DNA of 57,305 bases, counting the filler, from Sphacelaria rigidula (Eukaryota), in NCBI GenBank assembly GCA_964200075.2. It is 8 parts of 8 records of this genome, joined end to end, with 100 filler letters (N's around TTAATTAATTAA, not from the genome) between each part and the next. Parts side by side here need not be neighbours in the genome. Positions count along the whole stretch, not along the records: positions 1 to 7,076 come from CAXNAA020016607.1; positions 7,177 to 14,252 come from CAXNAA020016608.1; 6 more parts are not named here. One strand, written 5' to 3'. Position 1 is the stretch's first letter, and each line of letters starts with the position of its first letter. Of this stretch, positions 1 to 11,562 are shown piece after piece. The notes under the pieces are model-generated. The model searched no databases, was not told the origin of the DNA, and saw only the letters and a program-made list of their open reading frames with translations. The position numbers and the translations under genes are program-made.

Positions 1-30
1 TATTATTATTATTATTATTATTATTATTAT
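1..30. repeat. (ATT)n microsatellite at contig edge
   Basis: About 10 tandem TAT/ATT units, read directly. Confidence 0.95.
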
Positions 31-54
31 GTTACTATTTCATGTCATTTCATT

Positions 55-230
55 TTATTTGTCTCACGTTGGACCCCTCCCTTCCTCGGGATGAGTCCGT
101 GGTCTCAAGGGATCAACCCATCTCTCCCCCGTTGAATAAAAGAATAGCCCACACGAATTCATGCTTCCACCTGGGAGTGCAAGAGGAACGGGAGTAGCTA
201 TGCGTGATTGACTCAACCTGTTCTGCAATA
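55..230 (-). mobile_element. 3' end of an interspersed retroelement-like family
   Basis: Motif cccctcccttcctcgggatgagtccgt..ctcaagggatcaacccatctc recurs at ~34695-34770 and as reverse complement at ~7680-7750. An AT-rich simple-repeat tail is adjacent. Confidence 0.55.
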
Positions 231-2166
231 CCCCCCCCCCCCTCTAAATACGTGATGAGGGTACAATAGGTACGAGAGCAGCAGTTAGACGAACTAGGGT
301 TCAAATCAGTCTCGTAAGGCAGAGGTTGGTGACGTCACAGTAATGTTTGTGCAAGAAATCAAGACGTTGCACGTGTGTGTAGAAAACGTTAACGCGCTGT
401 GTACCGAGCTTTTCACCTGTCCATTATGTTTTCTTGTAGGAAAAAACAAACAAACTGGGCGGTCACCTCCATCTCATCAATCCTGCGCGAATAAGTATTA
501 GGCCTACACATGTATTGGGGAGCACGGATGAGGCTATACTGAGCAGCATGAAAACCGAAAGCAACGGTTCCCGATGCAGTACGCCGTAGTGGTGCATAAA
601 AATTGTAGCTGTGGCGTCTGTCTCCTTTTCCCCTAGAAATAGATCATAGGTCCAGCAGATGATATCTTAGGTAGCAATTTTGTACTTGGCATCGGTAGAG
701 ACTTACCCCTGCCCCCCCGTTCCCTCCCCCCTCGACTAGATTCCGCTGTGGGCAGCAATTATCCGACGTAAGCTCCCGATAGGCCGGGGGGCCAGGGAAG
801 GGTGAGGGGATACCGAGACTCGTATAAAAATGACGTATATGCAGTAAACAAATATTGTGTTCCGTATAGAAACGGGCGAGGGAAGGGGGTGCTCTGTGGC
901 AATAACGGGATATACAGTATGCATGATCCGCTTGGAAAAACCTTATGCCTGCGGTTGACCCTCGCAGCGTATTTGCCCTCTACTACGTACGGGATTGAAA
1001 TCGGAGACCATTGGAGTCCCAGTGCAGTGGTGTCAAGTGCACAATAGGAGGAACAGCGGCCCTGTCAGTTAACGCTTGGGCACAAACACGGGATCACCCA
1101 AGAGTAGCACTACAGTGGTCGGGGGGTTGAAGTGAGAGTTCGTCGGTTAGACAACATCGGAAAAGCCAGCGGCGGGTTAGGGAATATCGAAAAAGGAGGA
1201 GGTAATAACCTTCATCCTTGACCACCGAACGTTCGGGGTCATTACTGTCGTAGTGACGGCGCACAAAAATCGGCACAGAGATTGGTGCATGGAGATACAT
1301 ACAATACATGGGGTCAATGGACTCCTCCGCGGTCAGAGGTTGAAAAGCTTACTCACCACAAGTTTAGGAACGGAACAGTAGGTGTGCCTTTGACCTAGCA
1401 CCGGAGTACAGGTCACAGTGTACGCTGCCTTTTTTCTTCCCCAACTGCGCGACATCTCGGCGTACTGCGGTGCTGTTCGACAGTGTCGCTCGTTGAAACG
1501 CTTTGTAACCGCGAAGGTATACCATTTTGTTGAATGGATAAAAAATGACATTTGGCGAATGAACTGTAAGGCATGGTAATGGCCTTCGTCGCCGCTCCCA
1601 GGGGTTGGGAGTCGAGGACGTGTGAAGGAGTGATGCTACCGTAGGGGGTGGGGTGTTTTGACTCTTCGAGAAACAGGGACTCACGGGTGTGTCAGACGAC
1701 CGAACTACTTGCAGTGCATTTAAATTTGAGTGAAAACGGTGTCAAGCGATATAAATGAGCGTGTCTTTTCGGTAGCGGGCGTGTTCGAACGAATATATTG
1801 CTGCGTTCAACGACGGTTTGAGGTGGAATCTCGTGGAAGAAATGGCCCAAAATAATCCTCCAACCCCATATCCTAGCATCGCTCGAAAGGGAAGTCACAG
1901 GTGGGCCTTCACGGACCCGCCGAGGAAATTCTAGCCGTTCCTAGCGTAATTGGAATACGCAGCCATGCTATACGCCTTCCTGCCGGACGGATGTCGTGTG
2001 TGCAACTTGTTCATTAGACTCTTTTCGTTTTGGATTGCTCGTCTTGTCTTGAGTCATAAACCCGCTGCCCTTCCCCCCCCTCCCGTACCATATCGTGCGC
2101 CGCACTTGTTTTCTGTTGTTTGCGTCCCTCGTGGCTCGAATCACATTTTACGTGCGTGGAAACAGC

Positions 2167-3639
2167 ATGGTTCATTGCAGTGTTATCCTTGCTGCAAACG
2201 CCTTGACGGTGATCCCGCGATCGCCATCGAGCAATTGTGCTGCCGTTCGACCATCGCCGGTCGGCGTGTTCTCTACTGTTGTCTCCACGAACGGGTCATC
2301 TGTTTGCTGTAGGCTAGCCCGCGCAGGCTCACCAGGGGGTCGTGGGAGCGGTCGGGGTGGCGGTAGGCACGGCGGACGGCAAGCGGGCAGGAGAGCGCAG
2401 GGACAACGCAAACCCGGCGTTGCTGAGATGCGAACGTCCTATCTAGATCGAATAAAGCGGGCTGGTGCTAGGCGAGATTGGGGTAAGGCGAAGGAGCTCT
2501 TGGAGGAAGTGCTGGCTCGTGACGACGCGAGGTCGGTCGTGAATGTCTACATATACGGCGTTGTCCTGAACGTGGCTGCAAGGAGCGGCAATTGGGAAGA
2601 AGCTGTTGGATTGTTGGGATACATGCGACATGTACGAGGAATGCAGCCTAATGCGGTGTGCTACAACTCGGCCATCAAGGCCTGTGGCGACGGCGGGCAG
2701 GGAGACCTCGCCGTGTCACTTATCAGGGAAATGCAAGGGGAGGGTATTGCTCCGAACGTTCGAACCTACAACTCGGCCATCAAGGCGTGCAGCGATTGCG
2801 GGCAATGGGAGCAGGCTCTATCACTTTTGAAGGAAATGCAGGGGGGTGGTATCGCGCCGGATGTAATAACCTACAGCTCCGTCATCAAGGCATGCGGGGA
2901 CGTCGGGCAAGGGGAGCAGGCTCTGTCACTTTTGAGAGAAATGCAAGGGGAGGGTATCGCGCCGGATGTTATAGCTTACAGCTCGGCCATCAAGGCATGT
3001 GGGAACAATGGCCAAAGCGAGCAGGCTTTGTCACTTCTTGAGGAGATGAAGGGGAAGGGTATCGCCCCGAATCTCGTAACGTACAGGTCGGCGATCGAGG
3101 CGTGTGGGAACAGTGGGCAATGGAAGCAAGCACTGTCACTTTTAAACGAGATGCAGGAGAAAGGCATCGTCCCGAATTCGATGACCTACAGGTCGGCCAT
3201 CAAGGCATGCGGAGACGATGGGCAATGGGAGCCGGCCCTATCGCTCTTGAAGGATATGCAGCGGAAGGATGTTGCCCTCAGCGTGAAGCCCTACCTCTTG
3301 GTCATCCAGGCATGCGAGAACGGTAGGCGATGGGAGCCGGCCGTGTCTCTTTTGAGGGAGATGCCCACCGTGGGCATAGCCCCGAATGTAAAAGCCTACA
3401 GCTCGACCATCAGGGCGTGTGCGGACGGTGGGCAGTGGGAACTGGCCATGTCTCTCTTGAGAGAGATGCAGATAGTGGGCATAGCCCCGGATGAAAATGC
3501 TTACTTCTCCGCCATGAAGGCATGCGAAGTCAGTGAGCGAGGGGATCTGGCCATCTCTCTTTTGAGAGAGATGCGGACAGCGGGCATCACCCCAGATGTG
3601 AAAACTTACAATTCGGCTATCAAGGCATGGACCGGTTGA
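2167..3639 (+). CDS. Pentatricopeptide repeat (P-class PPR) protein, intronless, ~490 aa from first ATG
   Basis: About 10-11 tandem 35-aa motifs (consensus VxTYxSAIKACGxxGQWEQALSLLREMQxxGIAPD/N), with a last partial repeat before the stop. The frame is open from GTG 2095; the first in-frame ATG is 2167. The Ser/Arg-rich N-terminus resembles an organelle targeting peptide. Confidence 0.93.
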   Translation: MVHCSVILAANALTVIPRSPSSNCAAVRPSPVGVFSTVVSTNGSSVCCRLARAGSPGGRGSGRGGGRHGGRQAGRRAQGQRKPGVAEMRTSYLDRIKRAGARRDWGKAKELLEEVLARDDARSVVNVYIYGVVLNVAARSGNWEEAVGLLGYMRHVRGMQPNAVCYNSAIKACGDGGQGDLAVSLIREMQGEGIAPNVRTYNSAIKACSDCGQWEQALSLLKEMQGGGIAPDVITYSSVIKACGDVGQGEQALSLLREMQGEGIAPDVIAYSSAIKACGNNGQSEQALSLLEEMKGKGIAPNLVTYRSAIEACGNSGQWKQALSLLNEMQEKGIVPNSMTYRSAIKACGDDGQWEPALSLLKDMQRKDVALSVKPYLLVIQACENGRRWEPAVSLLREMPTVGIAPNVKAYSSTIRACADGGQWELAMSLLREMQIVGIAPDENAYFSAMKACEVSERGDLAISLLREMRTAGITPDVKTYNSAIKAWTG

Positions 3640-4064
3640 ATCGGAATCCCAAGCTTTTGCCATTTCGAATTAGATTCAAGTGAAGGCTGTTGCTTACGTC
3701 TGGATGAAATATGCTCCAACTCTGAGAATCACTGCACGGGGAGGCTGGAAAACGGCAGATCGTGATTCTCCCTCTTCGCGAAGTGCGCAGTGTGAAAGGT
3801 GTTGCGCTCACCCGGGCACCCGCACCTATTTGAAAGGGATCGTTTTGGCTGTACGATATGTGGCACACGATCCGTTCAGAACGCAAGGAGGTTTGAAGAG
3901 AAACGCTGACTATTGAAAAAAGAAACGACTACCTTCTTCGGCTCCTCGTGGACAAAAGGATGGAGTCGCACGCCCGCACTGCAAGTATAATTCGCAGGGC
4001 TTTGTCACGTGCAGGGCAAACTCTCCCGCGGTCATCCCCGAACCGGCCATAAGTCTTACACATG

Positions 4065-4345
4065 GACCATCTTTGAACCCGACGGCAAAAGGGAAAAATG
4101 CACATGACCATCTCTGAAGCGGGCACAGTTGTCATAGACCATCCTTGAACAGGACGGCAAAAAGGGAGAAGATCATATGACCATCTCTGAAGCGGGCGCA
4201 GTTGTCATAGACCATCCTTGAACAGGACGGCAAAAGCGGAAATCTCGCATGACCATCCCCCTCTGAAGGGGGGCACAAGTGTCACATGACCACCCTTGAA
4301 CGGGACGGCATAAGTAAAATCTCACGTTACCATATTCTGAACCAG
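4065..4345. repeat. Minisatellite, ~72-78 bp unit x ~4
   Basis: gaccat(c/t)cttgaac..gacggca starts at 4065, 4137, 4210 and 4288, alternating with gaccatctctgaagcgggc. Confidence 0.85.
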
Positions 4346-4518
4346 CTGAGGAGCATGAACGGACACGTGACAAAGGACACGCGTAAAAATCCGGCCTCGT
4401 GACAAGCAGCCAATCAAGTGTAGAATCGAACGAAGTGGCTTCGGTGCCATGTGCTAGGTTCCAGCGTATAACTATACTACCATGTGGGACATCGAGCGCT
4501 TTCTTCGTCCATTCCCGA

Positions 4519-5123
4519 TACGAGCTGGGCCAGCCAACAATGGGGGGTTTTCTCGCTCATGCGACGCACGACGCGATATTAGGAGTTGGACGTTGAAATT
4601 TCGACAGCAGCTTTTTATGATCGAAATGCAGAAGATCACATGAGCAGCAAAAAAAAAAAAGAATAAAAGAGAAGTTGTGGGGATTTGAAATTTCAGCAAA
4701 AACAAGATAATGTCGTAAGTCCAGGAAAAAAAGGAGAATCTGCAGCTGCTCACGTGATGTATCATTTCCTTGGGTGCAGAGCGTCTTCCTGAAATTTCAG
4801 TTTAAGAGTCGTCGAATTGGGCCGTACGTGCAACATTTTGCGTGACGCTACTGCACCCCTATAATTCAAGTGATGGGAGACTCCAGCTATGGAGATCATG
4901 GGTTCGAATCCAGACATTTTCTCTTTTTTTTTTCGTCCGTCGTTAAGGTCATACATTATGCAGTGCATTTTTTTCATTTTCTTTCTTCATTCAGCGGCGG
5001 TGCGGTGTGTCACCAGGTTGGTCTACACTTCACAGTGATACGCTTACATCGGGTTCATTTGGGAAGCTGGGAAAGCTGTGATATGAGCAACTTTTAGCCG
5101 CGTTTAAGCTGGCCCAGCTCGTA
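4519..5123. mobile_element. Tc1/mariner-type MITE
   Basis: TA|CGAGCTGGGCCAGC ... GCTGGCCCAGCTCG|TA terminal inverted repeats with TA flanks. Interior is homologous, in opposite orientation, to 5245-6167 and 42347-42947. Confidence 0.8.
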
Positions 5124-5244
5124 CTGGATTTCATGCGGTGAGATGTCTCTACTATCACACCATGATCAGGTTAAGTGTAGATATGCCGATCACGAGGCAA
5201 AAGCTTGTGCATGGGTGCGATCACGTGTTGGGCGTCGCCTATTA

Positions 5245-6167
5245 TACGAGCTGGACCGGCAGTAAATCCCACATTCTCTCTCCCTGCACTACAACTTGTC
5301 GAGTTTCCCAAATCAGCGCGACTTGAGTATCGCTGTGAACTGCAGACTAACCTGGTAACACACGGCACCGCCGCTGCTTGATTGGCGCAGTTTTGGCGAT
5401 GATATTATTGTACTGCATCGAGTACCGGGTACGTCTCTTGCCATTCCGTGACAACGTGTCTGGAAACGTTTCGTTTCACAAAATGAGGTGGAATTACGAT
5501 AGACCGTTGCGCCGCATAGGCACACGCACACCCGACATGCCCAGACAAGAGCGCGTTGATCGTGCTGCAATGTGGCATCGAGCTCGTAATAAGCTCCGCA
5601 ATGGGAGAGAACCTCCTAGCCGTCGTACACCGCACGAGGGAGAAGTACTACTTACTTGAAACTGTGCTATACCCCCCCCAAAAGCAAGACAGTCACCAAA
5701 ATATCGAGACCCTGTGCAACCCAGAGGGGTACGAGAGATTATGCACGATTAGTGTTCACATTTTTTTTGTCGTGTCGGGATTCGAACTCATGACCTGCGT
5801 CATTTGAGGCTGTTGTATCAGTTTGACCACCGGGGTCACACAAAAAGTGCGAGGCTAAGCCCAATTTTACGTATTTTTAGCTGAAACTTTACCAGGATGT
5901 GGTTGACGCGAGTGCCCGTATGTGCCGGAGCGTTGTCACAGTTTTCATCATATTTGGGGAAATTATTGCATTTTTCCTGTTTTTGCTGAAACTTCAACCC
6001 GCTCTAACTTTTTATTTTTTACTTCCCCCCCCGTGACACTCTTCATAGGGTTGCGCGGGTTGATAATAAAAATGTCGTGTCAAAATTTCAGCGCGCAACT
6101 CTTCGAAATGGTGATAGAATCTCTCCACTCTTCGTTCAAAAATCACTGATGGCCGGCCCACCTCGTA
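5245..6167. mobile_element. Tc1/mariner-type MITE, longer variant
   Basis: Degenerate TIRs tacgagctggaccggc / ggccggcccacctcgta. The extra internal segment ~5370-5680 also occurs at ~27355-27665. Confidence 0.7.
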
Positions 6168-6462
6168 CATGCTTTGCGTGATTATGATCCAGGGTAATGC
6201 CACGCTCTGCAACTTTTGAAAGATGTGTAGGCCGTCGGTCCTATAGATACTAGGTGTACGGCTGGAGAGAGATTGTGGCCCCCTCCCACCATGAATACAC
6301 TGGAAGAGTGGCGCTGGACTTTTCGAGAGAAACCATTTGAAATTTTCTTGAGGGGTCGACGTTTACGACTACTACCTACCCCAGTCTTGATTGCCTGATT
6401 TCTCTTTTCAAGTGACCCCTCAATGTCAGACCTATTTCAGCTCATGGAGGGAACATGTGATG

Positions 6463-6885
6463 TTACAAATTGGCCATGGAGTCTTCACTGAGGATGAGAA
6501 ACCCGGATAATTCTAATCTTCTTATCCACACCAAATCTTCGAAACATGGTTCCATTTCCTCACTTGCTGATAGCTATTGACAACAATAACTACACGCCAT
6601 AAGAAGTTGGATTTCGATAACCGAAATGTTGGTGTCCTGGGTAAAGAACCGATTTGGGGGAATCTCGGCGATCTGATCGGATTATCTACATTCCCCCAAA
6701 TTGTTTCTTCACCTAGGACCCCAACATGTCGGTTATCAGGATCCGACTTTGTTTGGCGTGTAGTAGTTGTCAATAGCTACCAGTAGGTGAAGGAGTGGAA
6801 CTATATTTCGACGATTTTGCGTGGATACAAAGATTTTAATTCTCCGGGTTCTCATTCTCAAAACAAATTGATCCCCAATTTGTAA
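6463..6885. mobile_element. Foldback (palindromic) MITE-like element
   Basis: ~420-bp imperfect palindrome centred near 6674; the ORFs on the two strands translate to near-identical peptides. Right-arm homolog at ~47040-47182. Confidence 0.8.
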
Positions 6886-7076
6886 AATCCCGTGTTAGGG
6901 GATGGTGTTGTGCCTTCGGATGTATATAGAGGGTTCGGCGAGCGAGTAGACATGCCGCCCTCGAATCAAATCAGCACTCCAGTGAGACTTGCATACCGGT
7001 TATCCCAACAACCACTCACGAACAGCCGATTTTAAATTTTGGGGTTCATACAAATTATGGGGTTGAAGTGGCATTT

Positions 7077-7176
7077 NNNNNNNNNNNNNNNNNNNNNNNN
7101 NNNNNNNNNNNNNNNNNNNNTTAATTAATTAANNNNNNNNNNNNNNNNNNNNNNNNNNNNNNNNNNNNNNNNNNNN
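7077..7176. other. Artificial contig spacer N44-TTAATTAATTAA-N44 (first of 7)
   Basis: Identical spacers at 14253-14352, 21429-21528, 28605-28704, 35781-35880, 42956-43055 and 50131-50230. The linker has stops in all six frames. Confidence 0.99.
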
Positions 7177-7384
7177 CGCACACACGCCCTCAAGACACCC
7201 TACCTGCAAGCAGTGCAAACAGTACAGAGCATGTACCGTTTCACGAATTTCACTGTCTTTTTTCGATCGAAAGCTTGAACATCCATCCGGACCCAACTGC
7301 ATCAAAACGACAAATTTTCACTGGACTCAATTCCACCGCTCGTTTTTTTCGATCGAAAAACAAAATGTGGCAAGACACGCCCTT
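7177..7384 (+). repeat. Interspersed repeat, transposon-end-like
   Basis: Reverse-complement homolog at ~21144-21372 on another contig. Confidence 0.75.
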
Positions 7385-8799
7385 AACAGGTGGTTGCTCA
7401 TGCAGAAAATCGATGCCTCAACAAGTATAAAAACTGCTTGGATAGTCTCGCCCGGGGGGTCTCACCACCTTTCGTTTGGCCAAATAGGGCGGAAACTTGC
7501 GGGTCCGAATGCCGGCTGATACGTCCAACTCGAGCAAGATATTGTTGTCCTTCGTGGAGAACATGGGGATGTGAGCCATCAGTAGAAGAAAAAAAAAACG
7601 ATAAATAAAAGTCTGACGAGAATCGGCGTGGTGCGAGAGAGCTCATCCACCCCGCGATGCCAAAATATCAGGCATGTACCGGGGGAAAGATGGGTTGATC
7701 CCTGGAGACCGCATACACTTCCCGAGGAAGGGGAGTGACAAAACGTGTGACGAATGATAACAAAACCGCTCACAAACGTCAGGCGAATGCACTCATTTTC
7801 TGTACGTCAAGTGCACAATGTGGATATAGTCTGACCAGATTTGGATGAAACCGACGAACACCGGTCATCTGCATGTCTGCATGCACATACTCTTTGTGCA
7901 CATGCTTTTTGTTTCGCAGTGTGCCTCGCTGTTACTTTCGATGGTTTGACAGTGAGACCTTTTTTTTTCCAGTGCTTTGAACATGTCTTCCAGCAGAGTG
8001 AGGTAGCTTTCCTACGTGTGAGAAACAGCCGATTTAATCATCCACGAACATTAACAGACCGCTCTTTGGTCCAAAGCGTGAGACGGTAAGAGCCATTATT
8101 CGCGAAAAATGAAAGGGGAAGATGAACACCCGTTTACCCGCCTGCACGGTACGGTTGCCCACGAGAAGCAACACACGCCGTCTGATTCACAGGCACGGCA
8201 CCAAAGGGTGCGCAGCATCTGCCGTGATGTGCTGCGGTTTTAAATGTTCAATCGGGTGGCGTTGGGTGGATCGTGTCTCGTGTCTCGTCTGATTAATCAC
8301 CCTGTGTGCCATTCGTTGTGAAAGCCAGGTGGTGAACGAAGAAAAAAAACAATCACATAGTTCACACCCAAATAACTTTTTTTGTTTTTCTTGATCCCCT
8401 TCGTTCGGTTTCGGGACGGTAAAACTGCACGCGAAGACTGAACCCCACACGATTCCTCATGTGTGCTGAAAGAAGCTGTCATTTTCGATTAGCAGTTTCG
8501 CGACACCTGCTGTGAGTTTCGGGGAGCTGCTTTGTTATTTTTGTCCGCCTGAAGCGCTGCCTGTGAAGCTTGGAGCACGGGTTTTGTTCCCGCGGAGCAG
8601 TTTGAAGCCGAGAGCGCAGCACTCTCTGAAGTAGTGTACAGTGGAAATTTATGAAGATTGCCCTGATACGGTCAGAACGCTACTTCCAAGGATCGCTCCG
8701 CCTCACGCGTAGGAACGCTTTGCGATAGGTTGGGACGCGCCGCGTGCAGTTTGTGGCGAGAAATTATCGTATGCGTCGAAGTTGCTGTACGAATGTGCA

Positions 8800-9160
8800 T
8801 GTGTGTTGTGTGTGTTGTCGCCCCATCTGTTCTGGGTGCCGGTCTACACCTTTCGGTATATGTGGGCGCACCAGCCGGGGTCACACAGGAGGAAGGTCAA
8901 CACAGGAGCTTTTTGTTTTTTTTCTTTGTTTTTAGTACCCCGCCTTCCTTCTGCGGTGCTTGCCTTCTTTTTTTACGCGAGAGGGGTTCAGCAATCCCTT
9001 TCCCTCGTTGACCGTCGAGTCGAATTTTGTGTGCCCACGACGTAGTCGCCCTCCACTGTTGAGTATTGTGTGAAAAAAAATCCTAGATCGCTCCGAGAAT
9101 GGAACCCACGACCCAACCGTCAGAAGGTTCCGGTGTCACCAACTGAGCCACCGGGGCGAC
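8800..9160 (-). mobile_element. tRNA-derived SINE, full length
   Basis: Minus-strand head gtcgccccggTGGCTCAGTTGG (A box)...GGGTTCCATTCT (B-box-like), ~350-bp body and (CA)n-like tail. Possible TSD atgtgca at 8793-8799 and 9162-9168. Three more copies in the window. Confidence 0.85.
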
Positions 9161-9654
9161 GATGTGCACATAATGGGTTTTGAAGCAGGAATTTCCGCCC
9201 CAGATGGAGACGAGGGAACTAACATTCATTTTTTTTTCTTCTCTGAGGCTGTAGTGTTCCGTGTTGACCCTACCGTTTGTGCTGCTGCTGCTGCTGCTGC
9301 TGCACCATACGTACACACGTGTATTGTTGGCGAATAGCTACCCAAGTGCAAGCGAATGTCATTGCTCTCCAATGCACACATATTACAAACCGGTACGACC
9401 CAAAGTGCTCAGATGATGGAGAGCGACGACTCGAACTGTGTTTTGTGTGACCGGGGGCTCAGAAATTGATTTGTGATTGTACCTTAGATCTGTGTCGTAT
9501 CTCTGCATGCTTCACCTTGTGGGCCATACGATAATTTTCCCCACGAGCAAAGCGTGTTTGAAAAGTGAAGAAGGGACCTCGAAACCATTTTTTTTCAAGA
9601 CAATGAGATCACCTTGAAAACATTTGGGAGAGGGGGTATCGTAGCGACCAAGCA

Positions 9655-10140
9655 GGCCGCTTCTTATGACAATATATATATATATATATTTAGTGAAACC
9701 GTCTTTTTGGTCAATCAGAGTGGTTTTACGCCCTAAGAGACGGCTAGGAGGCGGATTTTGACACCTTGGAATGTCTTGCTCTACTCGTTGAGACGGTTCC
9801 AGCACACCTGTGCGTTTTCCGGTGGCCGCAGTTTTTTCTTGTGGCCAAACGTACATTTTTGTCCGAGGACGGTTACGTCCAGCTTATACTGGCAGTTTTC
9901 TCTAGATATGGCCGTTCTTGGCCGTTCTCGGACAAAAGTACAAGTTCGGCCACAACAAAAAGAACTGCGCCCCCCGGAAAACGCAAAGGTGTCTTGGAAC
10001 CGTCTCAACAAGTACAGCAAGTCATTCTAAGGCGTCAACATCCGTCTAGCCCTTTGGGGGGGGGCGGGCGTGAAACGATGCAGAAGGACCAACAAGGCAG
10101 TTAATTTTCCAGGATTTTTTATCCGTCATGAGAAGCGGCA
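9655..10140. mobile_element. Foldback MITE family, copy 1
   Basis: Long inverted arms (gacaccttggaat..gagacggttccagcacacctgtgcgttttccgg versus ccggaaaacgcaaaggtgtcttggaaccgtctc..ttctaaggcgtc). Homologs at 13660-14052 and ~23047-23170. Confidence 0.8.
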
Positions 10141-11562
10141 TCGTGAGGCGCTTTTCGGAAAGTGCTTCTCGAAGAGCTTTTTATTGCTCCTTCAAGACAC
10201 AGCCTCATTTCTCTGAGGATAAATCGGGGAGATTTTATGTACACCCAAATAGGAGCTGACACCCACTTAGTGTTTGGCATAATCCATTGCTCGCGGAAAC
10301 GGAAATCGATGCTACTCCGGATGGGTACGAACTCAGCCTGGGGGGCTGCAGTAGTTAGTACTGTCGTGTAGCAGAGACAGCTACGTTGTCCTTGCTTTTG
10401 AGCCGTGCTGCGATATACGGTCTTATTGGATGAATACCTCGTACAAGACTATCCTGCATTCACTATATACAAAGCTGCCGTCTGTGCATCCGTGCATGTA
10501 GTACCGCAGCTGTATGTACTGTACTCTACTGTATATATGCACAGTACTTCGTGTACTGCTGTGCCTCCGTCGAACTAGCTGCAATGCTCTTGGAGAGAGG
10601 CGTGTTTGACAAAATGCCGTTTCCGACCCACGTGGAGAGACTCTCGTTCTCGTGACCACGGGTGAGTCCCTCGGGGACCAGTTGATGTGCGATATCCAAA
10701 TCAATCAAATTGAATCTCTTCGAGAGCTGTCTGATAATCTCGACGAGATGAGCGGCAAAATGTCCCTCTCGAGAAAAAGTCGCCCGATGAAATGCCCTAT
10801 CCTCATCTTGAATGTATTTTTGGAGCCCTCCGGAGCGCGCTACATGGCGCGCACGACAGTTTCCGTTTTCCAACACCAGCATGAAGATGCACGCGGTCCC
10901 GCTATCGCCGATATCGACCCAAGAAACGAGGATGTTTGGATATTTCATCCTCAGAGGTGGCCTGAAATTCCCTGCCAGGGGACTGGTATCATGTTCAGCA
11001 TCACGAAAGTGCCACAGGAAAAGAGAGCCGTCGTTTTACGCGGCTCCGTGCAAGAGTCGATTTGTTTTACTCAGAATAGGCCTATGGGGGGTTGTCGGAA
11101 TGGAAGCATTTTTTTTCACTCAAGAGGAGGCCTATGGGGTGTTGTCGAAATGTGAGGATGGCCCAGCGCCGTTCGGCATATCGTTGACAGTGACGACTCG
11201 GGGGTCTCCGCCGCTGTACAAAATGTCTTTGAGCCGTAGACGGATTAGGTGAGCGCCCCAAGATGGATCACTGTTTGACATCCTAGCTTATGCTGCTCGT
11301 CTTGAATCTTTGACGCACCGTGTTGAATCCTCCTGGGCAAAGCGATATAACCGGAAAAGTGCCGGTATACAGTTTCAGCGCATCGAAGAGCCCTTCGAAC
11401 ATTAATTTTGCTCTCTTCTCTTGTCAATTCACTCATGTCAACACAGGACAGTAGTACCGATAACATCACGTATCCAACAAAACAGGTGATTGCGAAGTGT
11501 GCAAGATCGAAATCATTTGATCGATTAATTGACTGATTGACTTACTTAAACCGATCTCCGAG

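Noticed and set aside
2606..3663. Alternative-frame and antisense ORFs over the PPR gene
   Set aside because: Shadows of a GC-rich repetitive CDS.
4065..4345. CRISPR-like array
   Set aside because: Inter-repeat segments are themselves homologous, there are no cas genes, and the context is eukaryotic.
6522..6786. Pair of similar overlapping ORFs on opposite strands
   Set aside because: A by-product of the DNA palindrome.
7121..7132. Palindromic TTAATTAATTAA recurring every ~7.2 kb
   Set aside because: Assembly linker embedded in N runs, not biological.
9085..9160. tRNA gene (also 35435-35511)
   Set aside because: A/B boxes are fused to a repeated SINE body and no complete acceptor stem is evident.
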